NCBI RefSeq assembly: GCF_000143415.4
Contig: NW_003314279.1
Coordinates: 434,130 to 498,129 of the forward strand
Direction: 5' to 3'
DNA: 64,000 nucleotides
From: Selaginella moellendorffii
Lineage: Eukaryota > Plantae > Lycopodiophyta
The notes beneath the pieces were generated by a model, which was given only the letters and a program-made list of their open reading frames with translations, had not been told where the DNA came from and did no database searches. Numbering within the stretch: position 1 is the first letter of the stretch; every line of letters begins with the position of its first letter. Of the stretch, positions 63,115 to 64,000 are shown in pieces. The translations under genes and the position numbers were made by a program.

Positions 63115-64000
63115 ATGAATTTATTTATGTTTCTAATTTTATTATGCATAAAAACTAACAAAATTTTAAGCACTTATCAATATTATGGCCAAAATGCTAT
63201 GGAAATTGAAAGTGTTGATTTAGTTTTATATGCAATGCAGTTAATGATTAATAATATATCTTATGAACCCTTACCTAAAGGTCAAGGTATGCGATTTGAA
63301 TATCATATACAAGATAATACTCATGGTTCACTATCTATTGCAAATCAATTATGGGTTTATGATAGTAAAGGAAAAAAATATGATGCATGTGCTGCAAACC
63401 CAAGTGATTATGAACATGATCATGGAAAAAATGTTCAAAAACAGTTAAATTATATATTAGATTTATATCGTTATGATATAAAAAGATTACGTGCAAGTTA
63501 TTTTCGAGTTGTTATTGGTTTTTACTGTGTTGAATATCTTGTGAAGAACTTTAAACAAGATTTATTCTCTCAAGATGTCTATAAAATGAATAATGTGATT
63601 GATTGTGATATAAAAATAACCACATTAATTAGTAATATGCCAGCTAACTCTCTTAAACCATCCCAATTTTTAATGTCACCAAATAAAAAAGCTTTATTAT
63701 ACTTACATTTAAACTGTATTTTATCATTATATATACATAATGATTTAAAATGGTACAAAGGATTTCAGAGTTATCAAAATTGTTTATTTATTATAAAAGA
63801 AGATGGGCATATAGTATTATATTCTGAAAATAAAAATATAATTTGGTCCCCGAAAATTAATTTTGATAGATCACATAATTATTTTATAAGATTTATTTCA
63901 CTTCAGGATGATTGTAATTTAGTTCTTTATGAATCTCACCAGAAAGTTTTTTCAAAACATCCAATAGTTGAACCAAAATGGGCTTCACAAACATATTGCT
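63115..64000 (+). CDS. Secreted protein with an unknown N-terminal domain and a bulb-type (GNA/B-type) mannose-binding lectin domain; 3' end beyond the window
   Basis: Hand-translated open frame from ATG 63115 to the window end (>=295 codons; missing from the ORF track because it has no stop). Hydrophobic N-terminus MNLFMFLILLCI; lectin motifs NSLKPSQFLMSPN, KEDGHIVLY..IIWS and LQDDCNLVLY..KWAS. Confidence 0.75.
   Translation, partial: MNLFMFLILLCIKTNKILSTYQYYGQNAMEIESVDLVLYAMQLMINNISYEPLPKGQGMRFEYHIQDNTHGSLSIANQLWVYDSKGKKYDACAANPSDYEHDHGKNVQKQLNYILDLYRYDIKRLRASYFRVVIGFYCVEYLVKNFKQDLFSQDVYKMNNVIDCDIKITTLISNMPANSLKPSQFLMSPNKKALLYLHLNCILSLYIHNDLKWYKGFQSYQNCLFIIKEDGHIVLYSENKNIIWSPKINFDRSHNYFIRFISLQDDCNLVLYESHQKVFSKHPIVEPKWASQTYC

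Overview
Eukaryotic land-plant nuclear DNA. The very short (~47-57 nt) GT-AG introns, an intronless GC-rich PLS-type PPR gene and a Pol IV/V largest-subunit gene point to a lycophyte such as Selaginella; the organism is inferred, not verified. Bases ~1-13,630 are a large, apparently silenced DNA-transposon-like element with two divergent genes. The plus-strand gene is a ~1,020-aa DDD/E-type transposase-like protein (Sola1/DUF7869-like core). The minus-strand gene is a reconstructable 11-exon, ~1,630-aa fusion of a ParB/Srx-like domain, a degenerate N4C/N6A methyltransferase-like region, low-complexity linkers and an FCP1/HAD phosphatase. This element, and as far as I can see only this element, carries ~29 copies of a 22-bp palindrome (ATGGCRTG-N6-CAYGCCAT), many inside introns. 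That combination (ParB-like protein plus parS-like dispersed palindromes on a plant transposon) is the best candidate for an undescribed system. The rest of the window holds a non-coding LTR family with a minisatellite inside its LTR (two partial copies, two solo LTRs), a Ty3/gypsy relic with a nested TRIM, and host genes: a mitochondrial-targeted HSP20-domain protein, an SGT TPR co-chaperone head-to-head with NRPD1, a PPR gene plus relic, and a GBPL3-like GTPase. Two AT-rich intronless secreted-protein ORFs are also present, one with a bulb-type lectin domain running off the window end.
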